DNA from: Emiliania huxleyi CCMP1516
Taxonomy: Eukaryota
DNA length: 64,000 bases
Assembly (NCBI RefSeq): GCF_000372725.1
Contig: NW_005202113.1
Span: 248,001-312,000 of the forward strand
Reading direction: 5' to 3'
Positions 22,114 to 33,026 of the stretch are shown piece after piece (position 1 is the stretch's first letter; each line of letters begins with the position of its first letter). The notes beneath the pieces were generated by a model. It was not told the DNA's origin. It searched no databases and saw only the letters and a list, made by a program, of their open reading frames with translations. A program made the translations under genes and the position numbers.

Positions 22114-23320
22114 TCACCTCATCCTCAAGCTCAGACATCGCTCGAGCTCCAATACCTGATCGGGTAGGCTCTTGCCCGAGAGGCCCAAGCCGAGCGCCTC
22201 CGCCGCGCTGCGGGCCGTCGCCACCAGGTTGCGCCCCGGCTCCAAGCCAAGGACCTCACAGACGCGCCGGAGGCGTGAGGGCAAAGGCTCCGGCCGAGCG
22301 CTCGTCGCCCTCTCGGGCAAAGCCTTCGTCGCGTCGCCGTCGCTCTCGCCGCCCCCGACTGTCGGGGCCGCCTGAGCCACGCATCTCGCAACAGCGTGCA
22401 GCGCGTCAGCAGACTCCCTTGCCCCAGCAGCCGCTGCCGCCGCCGCCCTCGCCTCTTGAACCCTGGCCGCCACGGTGACCGCGGCGGCGGCTGCGGCCAT
22501 CGCGGCAGCGTGCGCCGCCTCCGCTGCCTGCTTCGCTGCCGCCTCCTCGGACTCTCTTCTGACGACCTCCTCCAACGCCGCCCTCTCCTCTGCCCGGGCT
22601 ACCGCCGCCACAGCCGCGGCCTCCTCCAACGCCGCCGCGGCTTCAGCTGCCGGCCTCTCCTCGTCGCGTCTCCGACCCTCGCTCCGCCTCGCCGCCCTCG
22701 CCCCAAACGCAACAGCAGCCTCGGCCACCTGCGCTTCCGCCTCCGCCTCCGCTTGCAACATTGCCCACCGCCGAGCGGCCTCCAACTGTTCCGCCTCGCG
22801 CGCCGCCACCTCGCGTGCCAAGTTCGCAGCCGACTCCCTTGCCTCCCGCTCGAGCCTCTCCGTCAGCGCGTGCCGCGTCCGCTCGTCAGCCGCCGTCCGC
22901 GACGCCTGCGCTGTCGCTAGCTCCTCCTCCCCCCCCTCTTCCTCTGTGACCGAAGCCGAGCTGTCCGACTCCTCCGCCGGCAGCGGCGCGGCGGGTGCCA
23001 CGGCGGGCTCCGCCTCTCCCTTGGCCGGCCTTCCACCCTTCATCCTCGCACGGAACTCCTTCTTCTTGGCGGCCTTCCGGCTCAGCGGTCCCGTCTCCCG
23101 CGGCGCCTTGGCGGCCTCCTCCGCCGCCAGCAAGCGCTGCGCCGCGGCCTCAGCCTCAGCCTGCTGCCGCGCAGTCGGCTTCGCCTCCGCCCCTGAGGCT
23201 CCCGCGCGCTCCTGCCGCTCTTTGCGGGCGGCGAGCACGCCGCGGAGCCGGCTGCGTGAAGAGCAGGGCTCGCCGCCAGACGGCTCCTCCCAAGAAAGAT
23301 CAGCCGGCAGCAGGGAAAAC
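22114..23320 (-). CDS. Ala/Glu/Arg-rich coiled-coil protein segment with a small C-terminal helical domain; in frame with the upstream RT fragment
   Basis: C-terminal part of the 884-aa ORF, ending LRRVCEVLGLEPGRNLVATARSAAEALGLGLSGKSLPDQVLELERCL. Confidence 0.45.
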
Positions 23321-23344
23321 TGCCGATTCGTTTGGCCAGGGCCG

Positions 23345-24640
23345 GCGATGTCTCCGAGGGACGGGTTGTTCTTGACGTGCGCATCCCGCGCCTTGACGAG
23401 CTCCTGGTGCGCGTACCAGTCCTTGTGATTCTTGATGGCAGCGAGCGCCCGCGGCCGCGGGTACGTGGATTTGCAAGTGCCATTGAGAATCGCGTCGGTA
23501 GCTGGAAGGGACTCGGGCTCGGGGAGCGGGACGCTCTTGGGGTAGAACTCAGTCAGGTAGCCGCCGCGGACGGTGTAGTACTTGTTTTTGTCGCGGGCGG
23601 TGCGCTTCTCGCACACCTCCTTCCAGTCCGAGAGGGCGGACTCGTAGGTGGCGATAGCTGCGGCGATGGCGGGGTACTTGGATGCACCTCCCTCGTCGTG
23701 GGCGAAGTCGGGGTTGTGGGCGACGAGGGTGCGCCAGTTCTTGAGGAGCGACATGGAGAAGTCGCTGTCGGCGCGCGAGAAGGCGGTATCGATGTTGCAC
23801 CCGCCCATCTCGGTCGGCAGCTGTGCCTGGAGCCACGCGAGGTCGCGGAGCGCCTGGGGCGAGGCGTCGGCGCGAGCAATGCTCTCGAAGGACTTGCGGA
23901 TGCGGTTGTGCGCAAACTCGAGAGCCTCGCACGCGACATTGGGCGGCGTGATGCCGGCAATGTACTTGGTCTTTGCGCAGGCGATCCGTTGGACGAGGTT
24001 GAGGCGGAGCTGCGAGGTGTTCGTGACGCAGTCAGTATCGACGATCGTGTCGATGACGTCGAGCGGCGCGAGCTTCTTCCTGAGGTGCGCGGTGAGCTCC
24101 TTCTTGCAGGCTTCAGGGTCGCCAAAGAAGGTGCCGACGGCCTTGAAGCAGTCCACTCGCCCCGTGGGTTTGCCCTCCTTGTCGCGGTGTGCAGGCGAGC
24201 CGCGGAGCCAGCCCGGCGCGCTCGAGAGGTCACCCTCGGGCGAGTAGATGAGCGACTTGCTGACGCCGTCGAAGACGCTCGCTCCCTTCTTCTGCGCCTC
24301 GAGGAGGCCCTTTGGTCCGGAGTAGGCGGCGACGGCGCGCGAGGGCTCGTCGTTCTGGCAGATGTCGTCCGCAAAACCGATGAGACGCATGCTCGGGTTG
24401 TCACGTTGGACTTCGTGGCAGATGTCATGGAGGAAGCAGACGCTGAGGATGGTGGACAGCGCGCGTCCCTGGATGACCCCGCAGGCGGACCTGGCGTAGT
24501 TGGGGTCGTTGTAGTCGGGGCACTCGAGGCTGAGTGGGTCCCAATCGGCGGCAGAGAGGTCCAGGTCGTCGCCGTCGGCGGAAGGCAGCCGCAAGGCCCC
24601 CTCGGCCTTGACAAGGCGGATGAAGCTGGGCGTGCCTTTG
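23345..24640 (-). mobile_element. Non-LTR retrotransposon reverse transcriptase fragment (CRE/R2-like; 5' and 3' truncated)
   Basis: GVIQGRALS (QGxxLS), LIGFADDI (YADD-type), KSLIYSP, FKAVGTFFGD and QAQLPTEMGGCNI (LPxxxGGLG-type). N-terminal RT motifs and endonuclease are absent. Confidence 0.85.
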
Positions 24641-24697
24641 TTTGTCAGGAAATCACAAATTGCAAAATCACAAATTCTTTGAAGAAATTTCACAGGC

Positions 24698-27600
24698 ATG
24701 GCGGTGGTCCACAGCGCCGAGTCCTCCGACGCCGCCGAGACGGACGTCGAGAGCGACGCTGTCGACACGGAGGCCGAGGAGACGGACGTGGAGGACGACT
24801 ACGTTGCAGTCGGCAGGGGGAGTAGCGACGAAGAGTCTGGCCGTGGCGGCATCAGCGAGGACGAGCTGGCAGAGGCCACCGAGCAGGATTTGCTCGCCGT
24901 GCCGTTCCGCAACCTCGACACTGGAGAGATCATCTCGCTGACGGATGCGATGAAGCTCAGCTGTTCGTCGCTCTCCTCCTCCTCCTCCTCCACCCGGGCG
25001 CCGACACCCGCACCGGCGGCCGCTGCCGCCGCTGGCGCCGCCGCCGCCGTGAGCGCCGCCGCGGTGGGCGCCTCGCCCCGCTCCTCATCCTCCCGCTGCT
25101 CCGTTGCCGACGAGGCTGCCGCCGTGGTCGGCTACCTGTGGAAGCGCGGCACCACGCTCTCCGCCCTCGTGCGGCGCTGGTACGTCCTCTCTCCGACCGG
25201 CCTCTGCTACTACCCGTCGGCGCAGGACTCTGTGCGCGCGCCGCACTCGTTCCGCGTCGTGCCTCTCGCCGGAGCGCGCGTGCGCCTCGCCGGCGGCGGC
25301 GAGGAGGGCGGCCTTGGCCTCGGAGGCCGCAGCCCCAAGGACAGCATCAAGGGCGGCGGCGGCACCAAGCGGGGCGGCAGTCCCGCCCACGGCCTGGTGC
25401 TCGAGCTCGGGCAGGGCAAGGCGCGCGAGCTGTACGCGGAGCACCCGGAGGAGCAGAGGCTGTGGCACGACGCGTTGGCTGCCTGGCTCGCGCGCGGCGG
25501 AGGCGGAGGCGGCGACGGCGGCGGCGGCCGCGGCGGTGGGGTGCTGAGCGGCGCTCTCGGGCTTGTGGGGCTCGGTCGGCGGGGCGGCGGCGGCGGCGGC
25601 GGGGGAGGCGGAGGCGGAGGCGGCGGCGGCGGCGAGGCGGCCGCCACCGACGGGCACGGGTTTGCTCTCTCGCCCGCCGAGGCGGATTGGGCGATGTGCA
25701 TGATCGAGGCGCCGGTGAGTTGCTTGTGACACGCGGCGTGTCGCGTGCCCTGTAGGCTGGGAGCTGGTCCGCGTGGGCGCACGTCGTCGCCGCGGCGGAG
25801 CGCGTGCAGACGCAGCATTGGCGCGCGCATTTGGCCGAGCACGGGCTGCCGCAGGTGATCCTTCCACTTCCACCGCCACGCCTCTGCACCACACCCGCCC
25901 TCTCCAGCTGGCGCCGCCCCCCTCTCCCTCCCCGGCCTTGCCCCCGCCTGACGCGTGCCGCGCCTCTGCCCCAGCCGCCTGCGCCGCGCGCCGACGGCCG
26001 AGTCAAGACGGTGGGGCGGAAGCGTGTGTGGCGGGAGCGGCTCGCGGGCGGTAAGGGCGCCGCCGCCGCACGCGCGTGCAAGCAGTTGGTGCGGGGGGGC
26101 GTGCCGCCGAGCCTGCGGGCCGAGGTGTGGCTGTCGATGTCGGGCGCGCAGCAGCTGCGCGAGGAGCGGCCGCCTAGATGCGGAGCGCCGGTTCCATGCC
26201 CTCCAACTGGTCACGCGCTCTCGTCACTCTACGCTCTCGCTGCTACCTCCAACCAGTCACGCGCTCTCGTCACCGCACGCTCTCACTGCTAGCCTTGCGT
26301 TCCCGCGAGGCCCACAGAACCAGCTCGGTGCGCTCACACTGCAGGAGCATCCGGTCGCGTTTGCGGCGCTACTCAGCCGCGTCGCCGCCGGAGAGTGCGC
26401 CGAGATGGACGAGATCGAGAAGGACCTGCACCGCACCTTTCCCGGGCACGCCGCCTTTGGCGCGGGCGGCGCCGGGCGCGAGAAGCTGCGGCAGGTGCTC
26501 GCGACGTACTCGCTGCGCAACCCCGCGGTCGGCTACTGCCAGGCGCTCCGCCATGTGGCGCACGCTCCCTGGACGTGGCCTCGACACGCACCCTCTTGAC
26601 GCTTGCCCTGCCAGGCGCTCAACTACGTGGCGGCGATGCTGCTCGTGGCGATGCGGCTGGAGGAGGAGGATGCCTTCTGGCTGCTCGCCGTCTACTGCGA
26701 GCGCCTCTTCCCCGACTTTTACCTGCGCGACATGACGGGCATCCGGATCGAGCAATCGCTCTTCGCGGGCTTCGTCAAGGAGATCTCGCCGCAGGTGCAC
26801 ACCCACTTCGAGTCGCTCGGTGCGCCGCTCGACGCGCCGCGGGGTGGGGAGGGAGCCAGCTGGAGGGAGCCAGCTGGAGGGAGCCAGCTGGAGGGAGCCA
26901 GCTGGAGGGAGCCAGCTGGAGGGAGCCAGCTGGAGGGAGCGGCGCCTCTCCGCCTCGCCCCCTCACCCGCCGCGGCGCCGTGCACTGCCGCAGGGGTGCC
27001 GCTCGAGCTGGTGACGACCAGCTGGTTCCTCTGCCTCTTTGTCAACGTGCTCCCGGCCGTCTCGGTCCTGCGCCTGTGGGACGTCGTCCTCTGGGAGGGC
27101 CCTCAGGCGAGGAGAGACACTTCCTAGACACTTCCTAGTGGCCCTCAGGCGAGGAGAGACACTTCCTAGACACTTCCTAGTGGCCCTCAGGCGAGGAGAG
27201 ACACTTCCTAGACACTTCCTAGTGGCCCTCAGGCGAGGGGAGACACTTCCTAGACACTTCCTAGTGGCCCTCAGGCGAGGGAGAGACGCCGCCCACGCCG
27301 GCCGGCCACACCAGAGGCGGCGGCACGAGCCCCTCCCGCCCCCGCAGGTGCTGATGCGCGCCGGCGCCGCGCTGCTGCACTGCTACCGCGACGCCGTGCT
27401 CGCTGCGCGCGACTTCAACGGCACCTCCCTCGTCCTGCAGACGATTGGCCGCGACTTGTGGCGCGCGGGACGGCCCGGCGCCACCAGGCACGCGCGGGCC
27501 CGAGGCGAGGAGGGACGCTGCCCACGCCGTAGGCACGCCGACCGGCTCGTCGCCACCATGTACACAAAGTCGGCCGTCACCGGACGGCCGCAGCACAGGC

Positions 27601-28534
27601 ACGCCCTCCGCCGGGCGAGGGAGGAGCGGCGCGAGCAGTACAGGCACGCGGCGCGGCGCCGCCCTCTCCGCCGTCCCGCGACCCCGCCTTGCCGACCCCC
27701 CCTCTTTGCCCCCCCCCCCCCCACACACACACCAGGCGGCACGAGGCGGAGCAGGTCGCTTCGCTCGCGGACGAGACGGCTTTCGACACGGCCGAGCTCG
27801 AGCTCCTCCGCTCCGCCCTCCGCTCTTCGGTGCGCGCGGAGCTCGCCACGACGGCCCGAGCCGCGTGCGACGTCGCCGACGCCACCGTCACCGAGGCGCA
27901 CGTGCGGTCGCTCTTCGCGTCGTGCGGAACGGTCCTCTTCCCGCCGCCGCGCCTCGGCCGCGAGTCGATCGGCAGGGTGCGGCAGCGGCTCGACCCGTCT
28001 GCCGTCTACGCCGTCGTGCGCGCGGCCTGCTGCGCGCGGCGGGACGGGCTGCCGGACGACGCGCTCACCCTCAGCCGGCTGCTGCACGGCCTCTCGGCCC
28101 TCTGCCGGCCGCAGTCCGAGGAGGAGGCGCCGCGGTACGTGCTAGCCGCCTTCGACGCCGATGCGGACGGCGCGCTCGACGAGGGGGAGCTCGCGGCGCT
28201 GCTCGCCGAGGCATATGCCGGCTGCGCCACCCGCGGCATCGACACGCGCATGCCGGCCGAGCTGAGCGCGTACTGCCGCGCCCTCGCCGCCGCGCTCGCG
28301 CCCCCGCCCGACGGCGCGGCGCGGGAGCCTGCTGCGGCGGCACCCCCGGCCCCGCCGGTCGGTCCCCGCGGCGTGCGCACGCTCCTCGCCGCCGAGCCGT
28401 CTTTGCGCGCGTGGCTGCCCGTGTCGGTGATTGCGGCCGCCGCGGCCGGAGACTCGCCCGAGCGGGGGTCCGAGGCGGGCGGCGATCCCGAGGTGGAGCG
28501 CGTGGAGGCCGTCGTCGCGGAGTGGCTTGCGTAG
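24698..28534 (+). CDS. PH + TBC (Rab-GAP) + EF-hand protein (many short introns)
   Basis: PH: GYLWKRG..RRWYVLS..LCYY..EEQRLWHDAL. TBC: LVRGGVPPSLRAEVW, EIEKDLHRTFP, NPAVGYCQ|ALNYVAAMLL, EEDAFWLL, WFLCLF..LRLWD. EF-hand: FDADADGALDEGEL. Confidence 0.9.
26847..26940 (+). repeat. Intronic 14-bp minisatellite (GGAGGGAGCCAGCT) x~6
   Basis: Directly visible inside a TBC-gene intron. Confidence 0.95.
27098..27287 (+). repeat. 42-bp tandem repeat x4.5 spanning an exon end and GC donor
   Basis: GGCCCTCAGGCGAGGAGAGACACTTCCTAGACACTTCCTAGT at 27098, 27140, 27182 and 27224, with a partial copy at 27266. Confidence 0.95.
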
Positions 28535-29248
28535 AGTCGTGCTTGCCCCACGACGACGCAGCAGACGAGAGCCAGCTGGTGGCCGCCCGTACTGTACTGT
28601 GATTTGTTCACTATTGTTCCAATCGCGGCTGAACGCGGCGACTGGCGTGACGACTGACGTGTGTGTGGGCGCGGTTTTCTGTTTCCATGTCTATTTCTCT
28701 CCCGGAATTGTGATGAAATAGAAATAGTCTGGCGCACCCCGTTGACACCGACGTCCGACGGGGAAGGTCTGGGGCCCGCACACACACCCCGCGGTTCGTT
28801 GCCCCCCCCCCCCCCCCCGGCCGGGGCAAGCGCAAGCCAAGGGCGCATGTGGGTAAGGCTAAAGCCGTTAGAGCATAGAGGCGGCCCGGGGCCGGGGGAG
28901 CGCGGAGGGGGGAGCGCGGCGATCGACCCGCTCCACACATAGAGAGACCACTCGTGTACGACCACTTTTGCACTAAGCTCACACCAAGTGACACCGCGAT
29001 GCGCACACGCTTGTGTGCACATCACAAACACACAACAACGCACAACCACAAGCAAAAGCACCACTAGCACACCACCATGCTCTCCGCACTCCGCTGGCCT
29101 GCAGAGACCCACACGCAGAGCGGGAACCCCGGCCGGCACACTCTCCACTACTACGGCATACACGCCGCACTCTCCTCCATTTCGTCACACACAAAAGACG
29201 AGGGGTAGCACAGCATAGGGAACGCTCAGGTACAGGCACTAAGCGTCG

Positions 29249-29747
29249 TCATTGCCACCCAGAGAGGCACGCCCCAACACATGGCACGCGTCCGTGCATA
29301 TTAGTGTGTTGGGAAGGCCGTGCGTCTGCGAGCCTGCTCACGTCATCTCGGGGCAGGAGCCGCTGGGCGTGTGACGGGAGGAGCGGCTTTGGAACGAGTA
29401 GCACATCGTCGAAGCCAGCCTCGAGGCACGTCTCACGTAGGTTCGGGATGTGTCGCGCGTTGGCCGAGACGGCAAGAACGCGAGCACGGGAGCCCCCCTG
29501 ATGGGCTTCGTAGTTCGTTGTCGCGAAGGTGGCGTACCGCCGGCAGCCCATCAATCGTCTTTAGGTCAACGAGCACGAGGCTGAATCTGTCGTGTGAAGG
29601 CGAGGTCAAGAAGCGGAGGCCCTCTGATCCGTCGCTGGCGACGACGAGGCTGCCGCGCCCGACGCCGAGAACGTGGACGAGCTTGCGAGCGAGGTCGTCG
29701 TCGCCCACCACAAGCACCGAGTAGCCCCTCGTATTTAACACCGCCAT
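29249..29747 (-). pseudogene. Response-regulator receiver domain with a frameshift
   Basis: One frame gives VLVVGDD..VASDGSEGL..FSLVLVDL..IDGLPAVRHLR; another gives VLAVSAN..CLEAGFDDVLLVPKPL. The frames switch near the C6 run at 29493-29498. Confidence 0.7.
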
Positions 29748-30060
29748 TGATTCCACTGAGATTGCTCAAAGATTCGTTGAGCCATGCGGAAGTTTCCACG
29801 AATTTCTTCATTATAGACAATCAAGCCGCCGTCCACGTACATTTTTTTTCAGCGAGATTTCTTGTAGTTCCTCTTCTCTCCCCTCTCCCTCCTCCCCTCC
29901 CTCTCTCGCTCTCACTCTCTCCCAACCGTTAGACGACACGAGGCGGTCAGTTCCGTCCGGGTCTCTGCAGCCCCACGGCGGCGTCCGGAAACAGATTTTT
30001 AGCAATACCAAACAACTCTAACTCTCACACATCATTTGGGGACGAGAGAGAGCAACCAGC

Positions 30061-30345
30061 ATGGTCAACATGAAGGCCTCGGGCCACCAGGGCCAGCGCA
30101 AGCGGCGTCAGGCAGGCGCGGAGGACGCGGTGACGAAGCTCGAAAAGCTCAAGCTCCGGCCCGACAGCCTCGCCTGCGTCAATCCCGACGGCGTGCCTCT
30201 GCGGGTGGTGGCGCGTGAGAAGGTTCTCGGCGGCGAGAGCAACGCGCACCTCAAGGCGGCACTCGTCGCACCGGCGACGCTCGCAGCCCTCGGCGCGGCG
30301 CCAGGCTCTCGCGCGATGCTCTGCCGTCTCGTCTCGCCCCCGTGA
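30061..30345 (+). CDS. Short ORF or truncated gene fragment, function unknown
   Basis: 94-aa ATG ORF with coding-like codon usage, ending just before a poly-C tract. Confidence 0.3.
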   Translation: MVNMKASGHQGQRKRRQAGAEDAVTKLEKLKLRPDSLACVNPDGVPLRVVAREKVLGGESNAHLKAALVAPATLAALGAAPGSRAMLCRLVSPP

Positions 30346-30865
30346 CCCCCCCCCCCCCCCCACGCGCAAGTTGCGACGCACGCCACTTTGTGTGCAAGAC
30401 GAGTACAAGGAAACGCGTTGCTACACGCCGCAGGCGAGGCAACCCTGATGATCACAGTGAGCCACTAGGTCACCAGGCCGTGCCACGGCCGACTTACTTA
30501 GCCCGCATAAGAGGCTCCCACCCATCTTTCTTATACACACCTTACCCCGTTGGAGCCTGTAAAAGAAAAAATAGTCCGTGGGCCCGAGAGCGATGTGCAT
30601 TGTCCGCCTTCCTTTGTCTTCATATGTTTTCTAACATCCAAGAAACGAGAAAAAAATAACGCGTCGCGTCCTTGACACATCCCTCCTTCTCGCTCGCTCG
30701 CTGCACACTCCTCAAAACAGCGCGCCGCCCCATCTCCGCCTCCCCCATCACCACCACCTCCCTCTCCGCCTCCTCGCCGCTGAGCGGTGGAGCCGTGCTC
30801 AAGCCACACTCCTGCACAACAGCGCGCCGCTGGAGTGAGCGGTGGAGCCGTGCAGCCGTGTGCTC

Positions 30866-32665
30866 ATGACGCATGTCGTCCGCATGAGCTCAATGCCCAC
30901 GAAACTCGGCAAGTCGGAGCAGGCTGGAAATCTGTCGCGATACCTCTTTGCGGCGTCCAAGCTTTACCCGCCCCGAGGCATGCAGCGCGGCGTCAGCATC
31001 GCCGAGACGCTCATGCGGTGGAGGTCGGTGTTCCACACCAACCCAGACCGCATGACGCTCAGCGATCGCGAGCAGCTCTTTGAGCGGTCAGAGGTGGTCG
31101 GCAGCCTCGACGCCTTCGTCTCGCACTCGTGGAAATCGCGAGGGCGCTACAAATGGGCCGCCTTGGTTTTCCACGAGCTTGGCATCGTGCCTCTGGTCGC
31201 TGCGATCGTCGCCTGCCTCATGATGGCCTGGCAATCAGCGGCGTTTCACATCGCCTGTGACTCCAACGGAAATCCCATCATCAACCTGCCCGTCCTGAGG
31301 GAGACGATGGTGGCCGGGCTTCCGACGGTGACGGTCGCCTCACCGTGGGAGTATGTGCTGGGCATCTCAGTCGCACTCTCCTCGGCCGTCTTCCTGCTCG
31401 CCATGCAGCGGCGACGCTACTATTTCGTCGACGCGGCCTGCATCCCTCAGACCGATCGAGCGCAGAAGGTCCAGGCCATCAGGCACCTGGCAGGCTTCGT
31501 CGCCCTGTCGCAGCGGCTGCTGGTCCTCTGGGACGAGCACTACTTCACCAGGCTCTGGTGCGTGTACGAGCTGGCCGTTTTTCAGGCGGTGCACCCGAAC
31601 CGTCCCGTGATCTTTCTGCCGCTGCAGTGCGCCGCCGCCTCGTTCGTCATGCTCGGACTGATCTTTCTCGGGATAAACCTGTTCGCAATCGGGTGGGTGG
31701 TCGTCGTCCACGTGACGATGCCTTGGTCGTCTGTCTACTCGCTGTTTGTGATGCCTCCAACGGTCGCCTCCCTCCGCCCCCGCGCCTCTCCGAGACATCA
31801 TCTCAGATCCATTCGATTCAGCAACACACAATTCGACGTCCCATCTCCCCCATCCTGCCGCCGACCCGCCCCCTGCTGTGCACAGGTGTGGGCCGTCCAC
31901 TTTTTCGGACAGGTCGCGGCCGCGTTTTGGGGCGCGAGCGCCGTCTTCCAGCGGATCCTGCTCCAGCAGACTCTCGACTCCTTTGATGTGAGGCAGGCTG
32001 GCTGCTCCTGCGCCACCGACCGCGAGGAGATCTACGCCGCCATCGAGGGAATGCACATGCACCACGGGGGCGGTGGGCTCGACGCGTTCAACCGGATGGT
32101 TCGGACCACTCTCAAGGATCAGGTGCTGCAACGCCTCTACGGCCCTCAGGGCCAAAGCACGGTCAAGTATTCGACGCTTCTCATGGTGCTGCTTCCCGTC
32201 ACCTGCTTCGTGCTGGGCCAAATGTTCACGGCCATCCGCGAGTCCCCCGCCTTTGTGCAGGGCGCCTGTCTCACCCTCTTCATCACGACGACCCTGTGCA
32301 CCATCCCCTACCTCTACCTCAACGGCATCGACAGGGGCGCGCGCCTGGCACGCGAGAGCAGCCAGCCGGGCTGCAACACCCTCCGAGCGTTTGAATCGCG
32401 GGCGCGGCTGGCAATCGTGTGGACCGCGGTGCGCGGCGCCACGGAGGTCACGCTGGCGGTCAGTGCATGCATCTCGATGTACGCGGCTGCGGAATGGCCA
32501 GAGGCCTTCGGCCTCAGCCCTCGGAGTCCCTGCGTCTGGGTAGTCGTGAGCCTGTGGAACGCCGCGTGGGGGCTCGTGGCGTACCGCGCCTTTGGCGTTG
32601 GGTCGAGGGCGGCGGCGACGCCCGACGGTGCCCTGGTTGGCGCGAACGAGAGCAGCGCCAGCTAG
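30866..32665 (+). CDS. Multi-pass membrane protein with a TIR-like domain (intron ~31762-31885)
   Basis: DAFVSHSW, FVDAACIPQ and LAGFVALSQRLLVLWDEHYFTRLWCVYELAVF, with multiple hydrophobic helices. Confidence 0.75.
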   Translation: MTHVVRMSSMPTKLGKSEQAGNLSRYLFAASKLYPPRGMQRGVSIAETLMRWRSVFHTNPDRMTLSDREQLFERSEVVGSLDAFVSHSWKSRGRYKWAALVFHELGIVPLVAAIVACLMMAWQSAAFHIACDSNGNPIINLPVLRETMVAGLPTVTVASPWEYVLGISVALSSAVFLLAMQRRRYYFVDAACIPQTDRAQKVQAIRHLAGFVALSQRLLVLWDEHYFTRLWCVYELAVFQAVHPNRPVIFLPLQCAAASFVMLGLIFLGINLFAIGWVVVVHVTMPWSSVYSLFVMPPTVASLRPRASPRHHLRSIRFSNTQFDVPSPPSCRRPAPCCAQVWAVHFFGQVAAAFWGASAVFQRILLQQTLDSFDVRQAGCSCATDREEIYAAIEGMHMHHGGGGLDAFNRMVRTTLKDQVLQRLYGPQGQSTVKYSTLLMVLLPVTCFVLGQMFTAIRESPAFVQGACLTLFITTTLCTIPYLYLNGIDRGARLARESSQPGCNTLRAFESRARLAIVWTAVRGATEVTLAVSACISMYAAAEWPEAFGLSPRSPCVWVVVSLWNAAWGLVAYRAFGVGSRAAATPDGALVGANESSAS

Positions 32666-33026
32666 CAGCGGGGTGGACCTTGAAGGAGGGGGAGGGCGGG
32701 GAGGCTGATCGATTACAGCTGTACTCGTGTCAGTGTTGAGTTTGTGCATTTGTTATATTGTATCGCCAGTCCCGTGCCTAGTGTGGTGCGAGGAGTTTTG
32801 TTTTCAAGCTACAGACTGCTTCAGACTAGGAATTCTAGAGTGGGAGAGCACGCTTGACGTAGCCCGCCGCAGTCTGACGCAGTCTGGCGCAGCCTGACAC
32901 ATGTACATGTGCATGTTCAGACTGCACACTAGACTGCGCCAGACTGGAGGACATGAAACTGCGCCAGGCGGGAAAAACTTTCCTTGCGTGCGTCCCTCGG
33001 CTCGTCGCCCACCACCCTCTTCTCCA

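Noticed and set aside
26847..27287. 14-bp and 42-bp repeats as CRISPR or coding repeats
   Set aside because: No spacers; both lie in introns of the TBC gene.
28930..29230. CA-rich tract as a distinct element (similar tract at 59270-59480)
   Set aside because: Low-complexity similarity only; no definable boundaries.
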